Notes under the pieces: generated by a model
Databases searched by the model: none
Told to the model about the DNA's origin: nothing
What the model saw: the letters and a program-made list of their open reading frames with translations, nothing else
Translations under genes and position numbers: made by a program
In this document: positions 11,283-23,261 of the stretch, piece by piece
Layout: every line of letters begins with the position of its first letter
How positions within the stretch are numbered: position 1 is the stretch's first letter
NCBI RefSeq assembly: GCF_001194135.2
Contig: NC_068986.1
Coordinates: 4,451,393 to 4,515,392, forward strand
Length of the DNA stretch: 64,000 nt
DNA from: Octopus bimaculoides
Taxonomy: Eukaryota
Reading direction: 5' to 3'

Positions 11283-11654
11283 TTAAACAAAGGAAATAGT
11301 TGATTAGGTAGGTTTTTGTATGCTAACTTAGATTTTATTGTAGAGTGATAATCCAGTAAATATGAATATTGAAATAATGATTAAATGTGATTGAAAGATA
11401 ATGATACATGGGAATGAGCATGACTAATGCACAAGCTAGTTATTGTAAGTATCCCACAATATCAGAGTTATTAACAAAGCAGAAATTCAATAATATATGA
11501 CAATGCAATTAATGGAGAGTCATTTCAGTCTATAGATGATTTAGATATAAAATCATTTATATCTAGATGATTTTATGAACAATAAAAAGTCCATACTGAT
11601 TTAGACATGTGGTGCAAATAGAAACATATATTAATTAAACAATGCCTTGTGTAG

Positions 11655-11707
11655 GAGTAGACAACTTCTGGAAGATGATAGACAAAAGGAGATCAGGAGA
11701 AACAATG
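11655..11707 (+). CDS. Candidate exon (SRQLLEDDRQKEIRRNN), unidentified
   Basis: tgtgtag acceptor, gtaagg donor; may instead simply be the complement of a minus-strand pyrimidine tract. Confidence 0.15.
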
Positions 11708-11744
11708 GTAAGGTGATAATTCCGAATCACGGCATCTTCGGTCC

Positions 11745-11960
11745 TTTAGCATTCAAATTAGTCAGTCAAAACTAATGCTTATTTATTCATTTTGTTTTGA
11801 ATTAATCATGCACTATCTTGTAACTATGAGATTTCGATAAGGTAACTGTTGTTAATTTTTTTAGAATGATATTGTTGGGTTGATGTGAAAAACCAAATCT
11901 AGCCAGTTTGAACATAAAACTGGAAGAATATTTTGGCCACATATGGCCAGTTTAAATGTG
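11745..11960. mobile_element. MITE P1, partial
   Basis: cctttagcattcaaatt...gaagaatattttggccacatatggccagtttaaatg. Confidence 0.65.
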
Positions 11961-12259
11961 AAATCTGCCCATTTATGATGATGATAGAGATGACAATGAA
12001 CTTTAAGAAAAATCAGTTTGATATATCTTCTAAACTTTAAATAAATTGATTTGTTGTTTGTTGTTCTTTTTCATTTCAATTTATCTAAATTTTCATCTAA
12101 TATTGAATGAAATTAAGATAAATTCATTCAATAATCATCATTTATCGGTGCTTTGACATCTTGCTGATTGCACAAGGCAAAGAATCTGCCATAGCAATTA
12201 TCTATCTATCTGTCTGTTTGTCTTTCTGTCTGTATATATGTGTGGATAGATTGATAGAT

Positions 12260-12297
<38 letters not shown>

Positions 12298-13198
12298 TAT
12301 ATGGTCTAAAATATAAACTCTTATTGAATAAACCTGTAAGCTTGATCCCTATTTCAAATTACTATAGATCATATAACAATAAAAGGGAACTTGAGAAGAA
12401 TTTCATGAGCCAAAATTATTCTGGAAGGTGTATTTATTTAGTTAATTTATTTATGTATTTATTTATTTTGCATAAATATTAATCAATATTATTCACGTCT
12501 AATAAAATGAAACAAATCAATCCTGTGTTTTTTTTTGTTTTTTGCTTACACATTATTTTTAGTTGTTTTTTTTTTCTTTTCTTTTTATTCTTTTATATTT
12601 TATCATTATTATTTTTTTCTGACTCATTATCAGCTAGATCAATACCGATAGCTAGATTTATTGCCTCTTTGAAGTCTGCATAACATTTTGTGCTAGAAGT
12701 GGTTTATTTAGCAACATTGATAATACCCCTGTGCTACATGTAGTTTCAACACAAAATGTCTCTTCTGATCTGAAAAACTGGTGTAATGAATTCAGTAATT
12801 TAAAAACCAAAATATGATGCCACTTATTTACAAAAGGCCTCTTTTTTTTATATTAGTGTTAACAATTTTATTACATAACATAAATTGTCTCTTTCAAACT
12901 ATTGCTAATAGTTTAATCATTATTGTCATTCACACTGCCAATACAGTCACTTACTACTGTTACAAATGTTATCATAAATCAGACTGTGTCACACAGCATC
13001 TACCGTTTCTCCCATAACATTCTTTAAAACTCTTCAGAGTGCTGTTTTTATTGCATATAAAATATCTCCAGGTTTCTCTCACAAGGTAGCCAACTCATTC
13101 CAGCTGTTGAAATGGGTGAAGATTCAGCTATAGAACTTTCTTCAAGTTATTGTTTTTCCCCCCAGTTCAGCCACGATCAGATATATATCTACGATTAA

Positions 13199-13335
13199 CA
13201 CTTTTGCTGCCATATTTCTGTTGAAATGCATTGTCTTTGTTTCAATTCATTTTGAAAAATATTGAAGAATTTAGTAAAATAACGTCATTAAGTGAGTGTT
13301 TGAAACATAAATTAACATGAAAGTTTGATGTAAAG
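13199..13335. mobile_element. MITE P2 fragment (opposite orientation)
   Basis: ttaacacttttgctgccatatttctgttgaaatgcattg... is the reverse complement of the P2 right end. Confidence 0.65.
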
Positions 13336-13601
13336 TTTTCCTTAGGTTCGCCCTTCATTCTTCCTCATGTATCTACCTGTACACAATACGCCCTTGTTAA
13401 ATACCCCCCCCCCNNNNNNNNNNCTTTACTAGTATCCACTCATTACATTCCACCCACCACCTGTACTCCCACTCTCCTTTGGAAATCTTGTGAACTCGCC
13501 CATCTGCTTACCCTCTCCAGTCCCTGGTCCACATCACTATATACAGCACCTTGTACCTTGAGTGTACGATCCATGCCCCATCCCTGTCACATCTTCACCA
13601 G

Positions 13602-13644
<43 letters not shown>

Positions 13645-13739
13645 GAGGTAGCCATGTCTCTCTTCTAATGTAAGATACCTTTTCTGTCCCTCAGTACTAC
13701 CCCTGCCTGCCTCAGTTGTGATGCCTTTTCCTGCAAATT

Positions 13740-13945
13740 ACCTGATGACCTCACTGCTGTTGGTGCCATGTAAAAAGCACCCAGTACACTCTGTAAAGGT
13801 GTCGGTGTTATGAAGGGCATCAGCGATAGAAGCCATGCCAAAACAGACAGCAGAGCTTGGTGCATTCTTCTGACTTGCCAGTTCCTGTCAAACCATCTAA
13901 CCCATGCCAGCATAGAAAATGGAGTTACATGATGATGATCATCAT
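13740..13945 (+). mobile_element. Family C repeat
   Basis: ggtgccatgtaaaaagcacccagtacactctgtaaagg...aagggcatc...aacccatgccagcatagaaaatgg...tgatgatgat. Confidence 0.8.
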
Positions 13946-14079
13946 CATAATGCATCAAATTTATTGTTCAATAAAGTTTGCATTATTTATATATACAGCT
14001 GACCAATACATCACTTCTGTAAATTCAATAATGAAGTATCATTAGCTGTATACAGCATGATATCAACATCTACACTCAC

Positions 14080-14139
14080 AAATATATCACTTAAATGCAT
14101 AGAATTTTGTACATCTCTCTTCCTTGAAACATTATTGAG
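14080..14139 (-). CDS. Candidate 60-nt exon (LNNVSRKRDVQNSMHLSDIF), unidentified
   Basis: Minus-strand acceptor ttttcttttgacag and donor gtgagt; phase 0-0, compatible with 14486-14595. Confidence 0.28.
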
Positions 14140-14485
14140 CTGTCAAAAGAAAACTTTAACATATACTTTAAATAAAAAAAAAAAAATTAAAATCCTGTTA
14201 TAATGTACTTAACCTTTTCTAAGATGCCATGTTAAATATCAGAAGTTGGAATATAGAAATAAATTTTAAAATCCTTTTTTAATTTATTTCCATACTTTCT
14301 TTTATTGAATCTGTAGAAAAGTTGAATTTCCTCTTACATCATAAAATTATAATCAATGGCTTGTATATAGACTTCTTTCTTATTTCTGTTACTGGGAGTG
14401 ATATTGGCAATTTAATCAATCAAATATAGGTTCTGTTATTTTATCTGCAATTTACTTTTCTATTACCCATCTTTGGGGTAGTTAC

Positions 14486-14595
14486 CTTGTCAAATACAGA
14501 TGTTCGTAATTTCTGTGGTTCATACAATAAGCTAAAAGTCTGAACCAAGTCAGTAGTTTTACAGACTATTTTGCAGTGTTCTGCTGTAAGAATTC
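14486..14595 (-). CDS. Candidate 110-nt exon (xILTAEHCKIVCKTTDLVQTFSLLYEPQKLRTSVFDK), unidentified
   Basis: Minus-strand acceptor ttcacttaatatag and donor AAG/gtaact; open frame. Confidence 0.28.
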
Positions 14596-15019
14596 CTATA
14601 TTAAGTGAATTAATTACGTTTAAGTTTCTAAGTGCTTCCAGAAGTGTGTGTGTGTGCATGCGCACACGTGTATATATGTGTGCATGTGTGTGCACTCGTG
14701 TATGTGCGTGTATGTATATAATTATTATTATTATTATTTTACCAGCTGATCAAAAAATAGAAAATTAATATTTTAATAGCTAACGCATTAATCATTTAAT
14801 ACAAAAATCAGAGTAAAAATTAATAATGCATATTTTAATAGCTATGACTTCTTCAGCCTCGGTACATGTCAGTTATAATATCATAGGTACTGGAAAATAC
14901 TGGAATTTTCACTCATTTTTTAAAAAGTAAATGACTTTAAATCAATGTTAGAGATAGAACTTCAGTGAGTGTTTTCAGACATTAGATGTGATGTGCATTT
15001 TAATATTTATTAGTGTTAA

Positions 15020-15708
15020 GGTGGTGAACTGTGTTGGACAAAATACTTAACAGCATTTTTGCCAGATCTTTATGTTCCAAGTTCAAGTTTCACCTAGGTT
15101 GACTTTACTTCTCATTCTTTTAGGCTTGATAAAATATTACCAACTGAACAGTGGGTTTGATGTAATCAACTAACTCCATATCCATACCCCTAAAATACTG
15201 ACCTTGTACCAAAATTTAAAACAAGGCAGCAGGCTGGTAGTATCATTACTGCACCAGACAAAATACATAGCAGCATTTCTTCTGGTTCTTTACACTGTGA
15301 GTTCAAAGGCCACTGAGGTTGATTTTGTTTTCATTCTTTCCAGAGCAATAAAATAAGTACTTGTCGAGCACTAAGGCCAATGTAATCAACTTACCCTTTC
15401 CCTCAAAATTCCTGCCCTTGTGCTAACAATTTAAAACAATCATTATTGTTATTGTTATGTCATTAAAAGCTTTGGCTTCATTATTATCATTTTGATGGCA
15501 ATATGAATGATTATAAGTCAGCTCAGCAGGCAAAATGCTTTGAGGCATTTCCTCCATCTGTACATTCTGAGTTCAAATTCTGCCACGATGGACTTTGTTT
15601 TTCATCCTTTTGGGGTTGAGTAAATGAGTACCAGTTGAAAACAGGGTCACTGTAATTGACTTAACCCCTCCCCTGAAATTGCTGGCCTTGTGCTAAAATT
15701 TGAAACCA
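15020..15708 (+). mobile_element. Three head-to-tail degraded family A SINEs (about 15020-15225, 15228-15437, 15520-15708)
   Basis: Each has aaaatacttag/gagttcaa, the ctttcatcc core and an aaaatttgaaac-like end. Confidence 0.75.
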
Positions 15709-15711
15709 ATA

Positions 15712-16052
15712 GGATTACCTCAGGACTCTGAACCTTTCAGATGAGATGACAAAGGACCAAGATACCTGGCACCTTGCTGTACTCAAGAAGACCCATACTC
15801 CATAGCAGAAGTGTTATGGCCACTCCCCTTGGTGAAGAGGATTGGCCAGCAAGAGTCCTGTGCTGGTGCTATGTAAAAAGCACTTGTGCCAGTGCCACAT
15901 GGTGGCATGTAAAAGCACCCAGGACATGCAGTGGTGTGGTTGGCATTAGGAAGTGCATCCTGCCATAGAAATCATGCCAAATCAGATTGGAGCCTGGTGC
16001 AGCTCTCCGGCTTGCCATTATGGAAACTGAATGTTAAATGATGATGATGATT
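15712..16052 (+). mobile_element. RTE LINE 3' end running into the family C tail
   Basis: Encodes LRTLNLSDEMTKDQDTWHLAVLKKT (RTE C-terminus), then aaaagcacc..., aggaagtgcatcc and ggaaactgaatgttaaatgatgatgat. Confidence 0.75.
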
Positions 16053-16635
16053 ATACTCATTCTCATGGCTGAAGGTTGGGGCCTCAAACAGAATCCCCAC
16101 TCTTCACTACATACTGCAGTCTTATGCTGTGACTATATTCTCCTGTAGATTCCTTTCTCCGCTGCTTCCAGTCTTTGATGTCTGTGTTCCATTTTCACCT
16201 TTGTCACATGCCCATTCTTTATTTGGTTGCAATAATGATAGTTAATTCTACACAGGTTTTTCCCCAACTGCAGTTAGGTAGCACAGTGTAAAACCAGCTT
16301 CTGTGAGAGGTGTCAAACATATGAGCTGACCATAGTCGTAGGTGTGATAGAATTGATGCCTGGAATAATGGAAGAATGCTCATTGCAGTTAATAAATATG
16401 ATTTGATTTTGTAGTGCTGCTAATGTTTTTAGCTCACACAACTAGAATCTTATGTGTTTCTCACTTTTAATAGTCAATAACCAGGAAGCAAAATGAATAT
16501 AGATTCCAGTTTTCAACTAGATGAAAATCTACTGTAGTCCATTTCTTACCAACAAACTAATTTGTCTTTTTGCTATTGTTTTATTGGTTTCTTCTCTCTC
16601 TCTAAATTCCTTTAGTTACTGTTCTGAATAGTTAA

Positions 16636-16955
16636 CCCTTTAATGTTTAAACTGGCTGTATCTGGTTCAAATATTTTACTTAAAACTATCCAGATCTGTT
16701 CCCTTACACCTATCCAACAATGTCATTCTAAAAATAAACAATCAAATCCTTGAAATATGAGAGCTATGAAACAATCCTTTCTACTATAGGTACAAGATCT
16801 GAAATTTCAGAGGAGTGGGTAAGTCAATTACATTGACCTCAGTGCTCAACTGGTACTTATTTTATTGACTCTGAAAGGATGAATGGCAGATTATCTCAAA
16901 ACAATGGGAATAAATAAAGTATTACATTTGACGGAGTAATCTGAGCGCTAAAGAG
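16636..16955. mobile_element. MITE P1 (reverse orientation) with internal family A SINE fragment (about 16780-16890, minus)
   Basis: ttaaccctttaatgtttaaactggc ... ggagtaatctgagcgctaaagagttaa; insert aagtcaattacattgacctcagtgctcaactggtacttattttattgac. Confidence 0.75.
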
Positions 16956-17681
16956 TTAAAGTATTTCGTTGAAAATAGTATGTTCTATACATTGGTTTTC
17001 CATTTTATTTATTTACTTTTTAGTATGAAGGATTTGCCTTTATAATTCTTAGCAATAGTGAAGATTATACTTGTGCTTTGTATTTTTGTCTAGGAGCCAC
17101 AAGAGATGAGTGAACTGATTTACTGAGTTACTCATCCTCAGAAAATTTCTTTTTAAGAATTTTGGAAAAAAGATTCTCAATGCCAATTGTCTTTCAAGAA
17201 ATAGATTTCTATTTACGAGGAAAAATTTTCTAAAGTAGTAACTCCTTTATTCTAATTGCCATTTCATTCTTTGGTGTTCTGGTCATCATTTTCTCTAACA
17301 GTTTTGTAGGTTTTAAATAATATTCCTTACATTTCATTTAAACATAGAACTATATCTTCTATCATACGCCATTTCTATAGATAGATTTTATGACTATTTT
17401 AATTGTGAACTAATTGAATGTTTTTGAAAGGTACTAAAGTGTCCAAAGTGATATTAGAAGGAAGGCTATGAGATCAAATTTGAAATTTTGATTTCATAAT
17501 AAATTTAAATTGAACATTTATCTGATTTTGTTACTGAAATAATGTTTTTTATTATCTTCTATATGTTTTTTTATGTTGGAATTATAGTAAGCATCACTTA
17601 CCTTGCCAGTTATTTGCAGCGATTTCAGTTTAATGGACAATGGCAAATAACAGTATAGTACTACCAGTTTCTTGATGTAAC

Positions 17682-17897
17682 TCTTTTGACGCCAACCCAA
17701 CTGAGACCATCCCTGGTTCTGTGATACAAACTTCCTGTTTTCAAGTAATCTAAATTAAAGTCTTCCATCAAAATTTTGTGTTAATTTATGTTCCAAGCAC
17801 CAAGTCAAAAATGACAAAGTTATGTTAAATTCTTCCTTGTTTTCAAAATTCTTCGAAACAGGCACTGTATTTCAACAGAAATACAATAGTGAAAGGA
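17682..17897. mobile_element. MITE P2
   Basis: taactcttttgacgccaacc...tatttcaacagaaatacaatagtgaaaggattaa. Confidence 0.7.
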
Positions 17898-17919
17898 TTA
17901 AATATTGTGTAGTTCTGAG

Positions 17920-18140
17920 GTTTCTCCATCATTGGATGTAATTGTTATTTAACCTCAGTTCAATTTTGATCAAGCTGATCTACTGATCAAGAATATTCTA
18001 ATAATGACCCTGCTATATGTTTAGTGGTATCAAGGACTATCTCTTGTAACGATCCTTTTCCTTCTTTTTTCTTTTTTTTTTGTTTAAGACAGTGAGGTAG
18101 ATTTGGTTACTATTCCTAGCAGGTTGAATATGATCACATC
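17920..18140. repeat. Dispersed repeat, unclassified (homologous to about 45620-45810)
   Basis: Shared gatcaa...tattctaa(c/t)(t/a)atgacc...ttgctattcc(t/c)agcaggt motif series. Confidence 0.5.
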
Positions 18141-18263
18141 CTGCAGTATTTCCCAACTTTTTCTGTGCCCTGCATTCCTGGGAAGTGCTTGATGAATTTT
18201 CACACTCTTACAAATGTAATATCACATTTGAAGATGGCAAAGTTAACTGGCTAATAACTAATT

Positions 18264-18301
<38 letters not shown>

Positions 18302-18789
18302 TGGGGGTCAGTTCTATTAAGGGGTTGTACTTGCATGGCAAATGATTTTGACCTCAGATTGTGTGTTGAAACTAAAACAATTGCTGCATAGAAGACACAA
18401 GTTAGCCATTTAGAACTACACCAAGACTGTTAACTTCACTTAACATTTATTGTTTCTAATATGGTGTCAAAATTTTCATTGCTTCAAACTGTAACCTGGT
18501 CACTGACAAATGTGTACTGCATCTAAAATTCTTTGATTATATCGCTAAATATATAGTTTGAGATGTTTTCTTTTTGCTGTTGTTTTTGTTTTTGTTGGCG
18601 TAGGTCAGTAGTTCTGGTCAAGTGCTCATAGCTGGTCAGTTAGCAATGATTTTTGGCATTTAGCTGTCTTGTATATGCCTTCTTTTCTTGTTCATTCTCT
18701 CTTTCTTTTGGCATCTTTTTATGAAGAATACAATGTGAGTCAGAAGACTAAACGTTTCAAAGAGTGGCTTTCTGGACAGGGCAAGTTTG

Positions 18790-19140
18790 TGTAGTAGTAA
18801 TAGTAATTGTAGTAGTAATAGTAATTGTAGTAGTAATAGTAATTGTAGTAGTAATAGAATTGTAGTAGTAATAGTAATTGTAGTTGTTATTGTTTTAGTA
18901 GTAGTCATGATGATAGCTGTAGCGATGGTGTTATAGTTTGTTGTAACAGTAGTGGGGGCAGTACCAGTGGCTGTTGTAGTAGTACTTGTCATAGTAGCAG
19001 CAACACTAATGGTAGTAGTTGTTGTTGTAGCTGCAGTGGTGGTGGTAGAATCTGCAATAGTAGTAGTAGCAGCAACAGCAATGGTAACAGTAAAGTAATA
19101 CACTTATGTACTAACAATACTAGTAATTATAATGATATTA
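18790..19140. repeat. Compound TAG/TAA/TTG low-complexity tract incl. 18-bp unit gtagtagtaatagtaatt (about 5 copies)
   Basis: Direct reading; generates spurious poly-Thr/Leu ORF 18660-19103. Confidence 0.9.
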
Positions 19141-19147
19141 ACAATAG

Positions 19148-19281
19148 GCACTGGCGTGGCTGTATGGTAAGAAGCTTGCTTCCCAACCACACATTTGAGT
19201 TCAGTCCCATCATGTGGCACCTTCAGCAAGTGTTTTCTCCTATAGCTGCAGGCCAGCCAAAGCCTTGTGAGTGGATTTGGT

Positions 19282-19283
<2 letters not shown>
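19148..19283 (+). mobile_element. Family B SINE 5' half
   Basis: ggcgtggctgtatggtaagaagcttgcttcccaaccac...ccttgtgagtggatttggtaga then (TA)n. Confidence 0.85.
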
Positions 19284-19334
<51 letters not shown>

Positions 19335-19767
19335 CAAGCTCACTGGCTGATTGCAACACCAGTGCCTGTTTTGGCACTGTTTTTCTATATATTGCTGGTG
19401 AGGAGATGAGTCACTGCTATCTCCAGTGGTTGGGCCACCATCATTGACAAGACTAAGGAAGATCAAAATCACGTGATCTGGTGATCTTGGTGCAGGAGAT
19501 GGCAGAGATTTATTTCCTCACTAGAAATATGAGCAAGGATGCATTTTGCACCAAAAACCAATGTTAGCGTTTTCTCTCCTGATATCTACTGCAGTATGGT
19601 TTGTTCTAACAGAACATCCATGTTTAAGTGAGGATAAATTAGTGAATGTTTTTTGATTCGACTATGTACAGTACTGTAGATGGAAAAAGTGAACTAAAAT
19701 AGCAAAAGAGCTTTTGGTTTAGTGTATAAAATGCATGTGTAAATTAAGCAATTAGAAAAATTTATAA

Positions 19768-20375
19768 CCCTTTTGCATTTAAGCTGGCCATATCTGGACC
19801 AAATATTCTACCAGCCAGGTCCAGCCTTTCACATTCACTCCACAAAGTCATTCTAAAAATAAACCATTACATCATTGAAATCTTGAAGCTATAAGAGAAC
19901 GTAAGATTAATTGAAAACAGTGTGATAAGAAGCTTGCTTCCCGGCTACATGGCTCTGGGTTCAGTCCCACTGTGTGGCACCTTGGACAAGTGTCTTCTAC
20001 TATAGCCTCAGACCAACCAAAGCCTTGTGAGTAGATTTGGTAGATTGAAACTGAAAGACACCTGTCATGTCTATATATATATGTGTGTGTGTATGTGTAT
20101 GCATATGTGTATGTGTGTGTATCTTTGTGTCTCTTTCCGTCCTCTCACTACCACTTGACAACTGGTGTTGATGCATTTTACATCCCTGCAACTTAGCAGT
20201 TCAACAAAAGAGACCGATAAAATAAATAAGTATTAGGTTTAAAAACATAAGTCCTGAGGTTGATTTGTTTAGCTTAAAAAAAAAACCTTTGAAGGCAGTG
20301 CTCCAGCATAACCACTATCAAATGACTGAAATAAACAGAAGAAAGATTCGACAGAGTACTCTAAATGCTAAATGG
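19768..20375. mobile_element. MITE P1 (reverse orientation) carrying a full family B SINE (19921-20345, plus)
   Basis: aacccttttgcatttaagctggccatatc ... gagtactctaaatgctaaatggctaa enclosing a complete SINE. Confidence 0.75.
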
Positions 20376-21588
20376 CTAAACCATGAAATCCGTCACAGTT
20401 ATGAACATAAAAAGGTTAAATCCACAAATGTAGAATAATAAAATTCTTTGTATGTTGAATAGGATTACATTATTTGTGAGAATTACTTATTAATTTTATT
20501 AATTAAAACAATTTTAATACAGCATATGCTTTCCTTCTTTGTTGCATGCCATGAAATCTCCACTGAGATCCCTAAGTGGAACAGGCACCCCAGGTTATGA
20601 ACTTTTGGTTCAGAGGCTTCCTTGTTAGATATTTTACATGGAAAAGGATAATTATGAACCAGCAAAGAATATTTATTTTCATATCTTAACCTTCTGCTTG
20701 CTTGCTTACTTTGTTTAAAATATTTGAAAGACAAAAAAATAAATAAATAAATAATAGTATAAAAGAATTTTCAACTTTAATTATTAAAAACTTGGTTTTT
20801 TTCCACTCAAAGAATTTCCCTTTTAAATCTTAATTTCTTTTTAAAGTCTGTGCAATATAAACAACTTAATGTTTATATCCATGCAGTCTAATCTAAACAC
20901 AACCAATGGAGCAGACTGTCCAAAAGTTTTGATAAGATCTTTTTTCCTTCTTTCCATATAATAAAGAATAGTGAAAAGTTTTGTTTAAAAAAAACATCAC
21001 AAAAACTGCAAGGTAACTAACTGTCTTCAATCATTTTCTAATCTTTACTTTTGTACAACTTCCAAACTTTACGTCTACTATAAGGACATTCATTGGTCTA
21101 GAAAATGTACATGATTAATTTTCATGATATTCTTTTACTTTCCACATAAGGTAGATATTTATTACCAGATTAATTATCTAAACACTCTTGCTGCAATAAT
21201 AAACCATTTCCATTCAATCAGTGAAGGATAGATCATATTTACATTAATGCTGAATAAAATTTGTAACATAATGCTTACAATTAAATTCTGAAGATATTTT
21301 ATCTACCCACTTCATATGTTGGAAACTGCTTAAACAAACCATTATCTTCTATAACTTTAGTTTTATTTATTTCATCTTTTATTATCATTATGTTTAAGAA
21401 AGGCCCAATATGGGAATATTTGGCTAAAATAGGGGTGTGTTCATGTGAGATTAGTGTGGCTATTGACTTTGGAACACCAGGAAGATTATTTACAAAAGTA
21501 GCAGATTCCTAATGTTATTGACTGGGAATATGTACTATAGCAGCTACAGGCACATAAGCTTGTGTGTTCATATATATATATATATATA

Positions 21589-21943
21589 NNNNNNNNNNNN
21601 NNNNNNNNNNNNNNNNNNNNNNNNNNNNNNNNNNNNNNNNNNNNNNNNNNNNNNNNNNNNNNNNNNNNNNNNNNNNNNNNNNNNNNNNNNNNNNNNNNNN
21701 NNNNNNNNNNNNNNNNNNNNNNNNNNNNNNNNNNNNNNNNNNNNNNNNNNNNNNNNNNNNNNNNNNNNNNNNNNNNNNNNNNNNNNNNNNNNNNNNNNNN
21801 NNNNNNNNNNNNNNNNNNNNNNNNNNNNNNNNNNNNNNNNNNNNNNNNNNNNNNNNNNNNNNNNNNNNNNNNNNNNNNNNNNNNNNNNNNNNNNNNNNNN
21901 NNNNNNNNNNNNNNNNNNNNNNNNNNNNNNNNNNNNNNNNNNN
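21589..21943. other. Assembly gap
   Basis: N-run preceded by (TA)n. Confidence 1.
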
Positions 21944-21986
21944 TTGTGTGTTATTTTAAATGGCTTATAAACACCTTCCACGTTAC

Positions 21987-22021
<35 letters not shown>

Positions 22022-22049
22022 CATTTATTGTTTACTTGTTTCATGCATA

Positions 22050-22375
22050 CATGTTTGTGTGGTTAAGAAATTTACTTCTCAACTACATGGTTTTGGATTC
22101 AGTCTCACTGCATGGCACCTTGGACAAATCTCTTCTACTCTAGCCCTGGACAAACCAAAGCCTTGTGAGTGAGTTTGTGTGTGCATGCGTGCATGCTGGG
22201 AAAAATGCACAGCAGTATTTCGTCTGTCTTCACATTCTGAATTCAAATTCTGCTGAAGTCAACTTTGCCTTTCATTATTTCAGAATCAGTAAAATAAGTA
22301 CCAGTTGAGCAATGGGGTTGATGTAATCAACCTATCCACTTCCACAAAATTCCTCATTCCAAAATTTGAAACCAA
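22050..22375 (+). mobile_element. Family B head (22050-22172) followed by family A SINE (22195-22375)
   Basis: gtggttaagaaatttacttctc...gccttgtgagtg; cacattctgaattcaaattc...aaaatttgaaacc. Confidence 0.75.
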
Positions 22376-23193
22376 CATACTCTGTGGGATGGATGGCAAA
22401 TTGTATGTCTGGATAGATTTCTTCTCAACTGAAGTTGGTATAAAGAGTATAGCTACAGTAGTGATAAGTGATAAATGTGTCCTCAAATTTTAATGTATAT
22501 TATGATTGCAATTAACCAACTTATTGTTATCTGTAGTGCATATATCATAATCACAATACAATGCCCAAATATACATCTATTTTTAAACAGAGTTTTTTAG
22601 AAACGCAGATTTTCTACCATCCTACTGAAAAGATACTTATTTATCTAAATATCATTTTCAAATATCGCATATGGAAGTTATTTGAAGATATATAAGGAAG
22701 TTCAAAACATCAAAAGTATATGCGTCGCATTGAATAGGTTTGTTCTTTTCAAATTGAAATATTTGGCTTAATGCTTTTCTGATTATTGTGTTCTTGCATT
22801 GTTGTTACTAGGAATTGAAAACAATGTTATTAATTACATTTCAAAAGAGAAAACATTTTATATTGTACTGTAATTATTTAAATCATTCCTTTCACAGTTG
22901 TAATTACCAAGTGTTTATCATTCCCTTGAGATATTTTACATAACTTGCCTAGCATCCATATTGAAAATGCATAAATATAAACAGTAATGACAGTACAAAA
23001 CTTCATCAATATATAATAGTGCATTATTTTTTCTTTAAATCTTATGATATATAAGATATGAAGAGAAAGCAGTCCAAGTTGGTATCTGAAATTTACTTTT
23101 ATAAACTATATGATTCCCTTGTGAATATCTATTTATTTATTGGCAAGTAACAGTTTGCTGTGTGCATGTTTTATTGTTGTTGTTGCTGGTGAT

Positions 23194-23195
<2 letters not shown>

Positions 23196-23260
<65 letters not shown>
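23196..23260. repeat. (TG)n microsatellite
   Basis: Perfect TG run. Confidence 0.95.

Positions 23261-23261
<1 letters not shown>

Noticed and set aside
18660-19103. 147-aa Thr/Leu-rich mucin-like ORF
   Set aside because: Translation of a compound trinucleotide tract.
21430-21510. ISVAIDFGT motif reminiscent of the Hsp70/HSPA12 N-terminal AIDFGT
   Set aside because: Following residues (PGRLFTK) do not match TYSG/TSSG, and the frame stops within a few codons.
22375-22493. GMDGKLYVW, WD40-like
   Set aside because: Single short motif, directly fused to a SINE end, without a splice acceptor.
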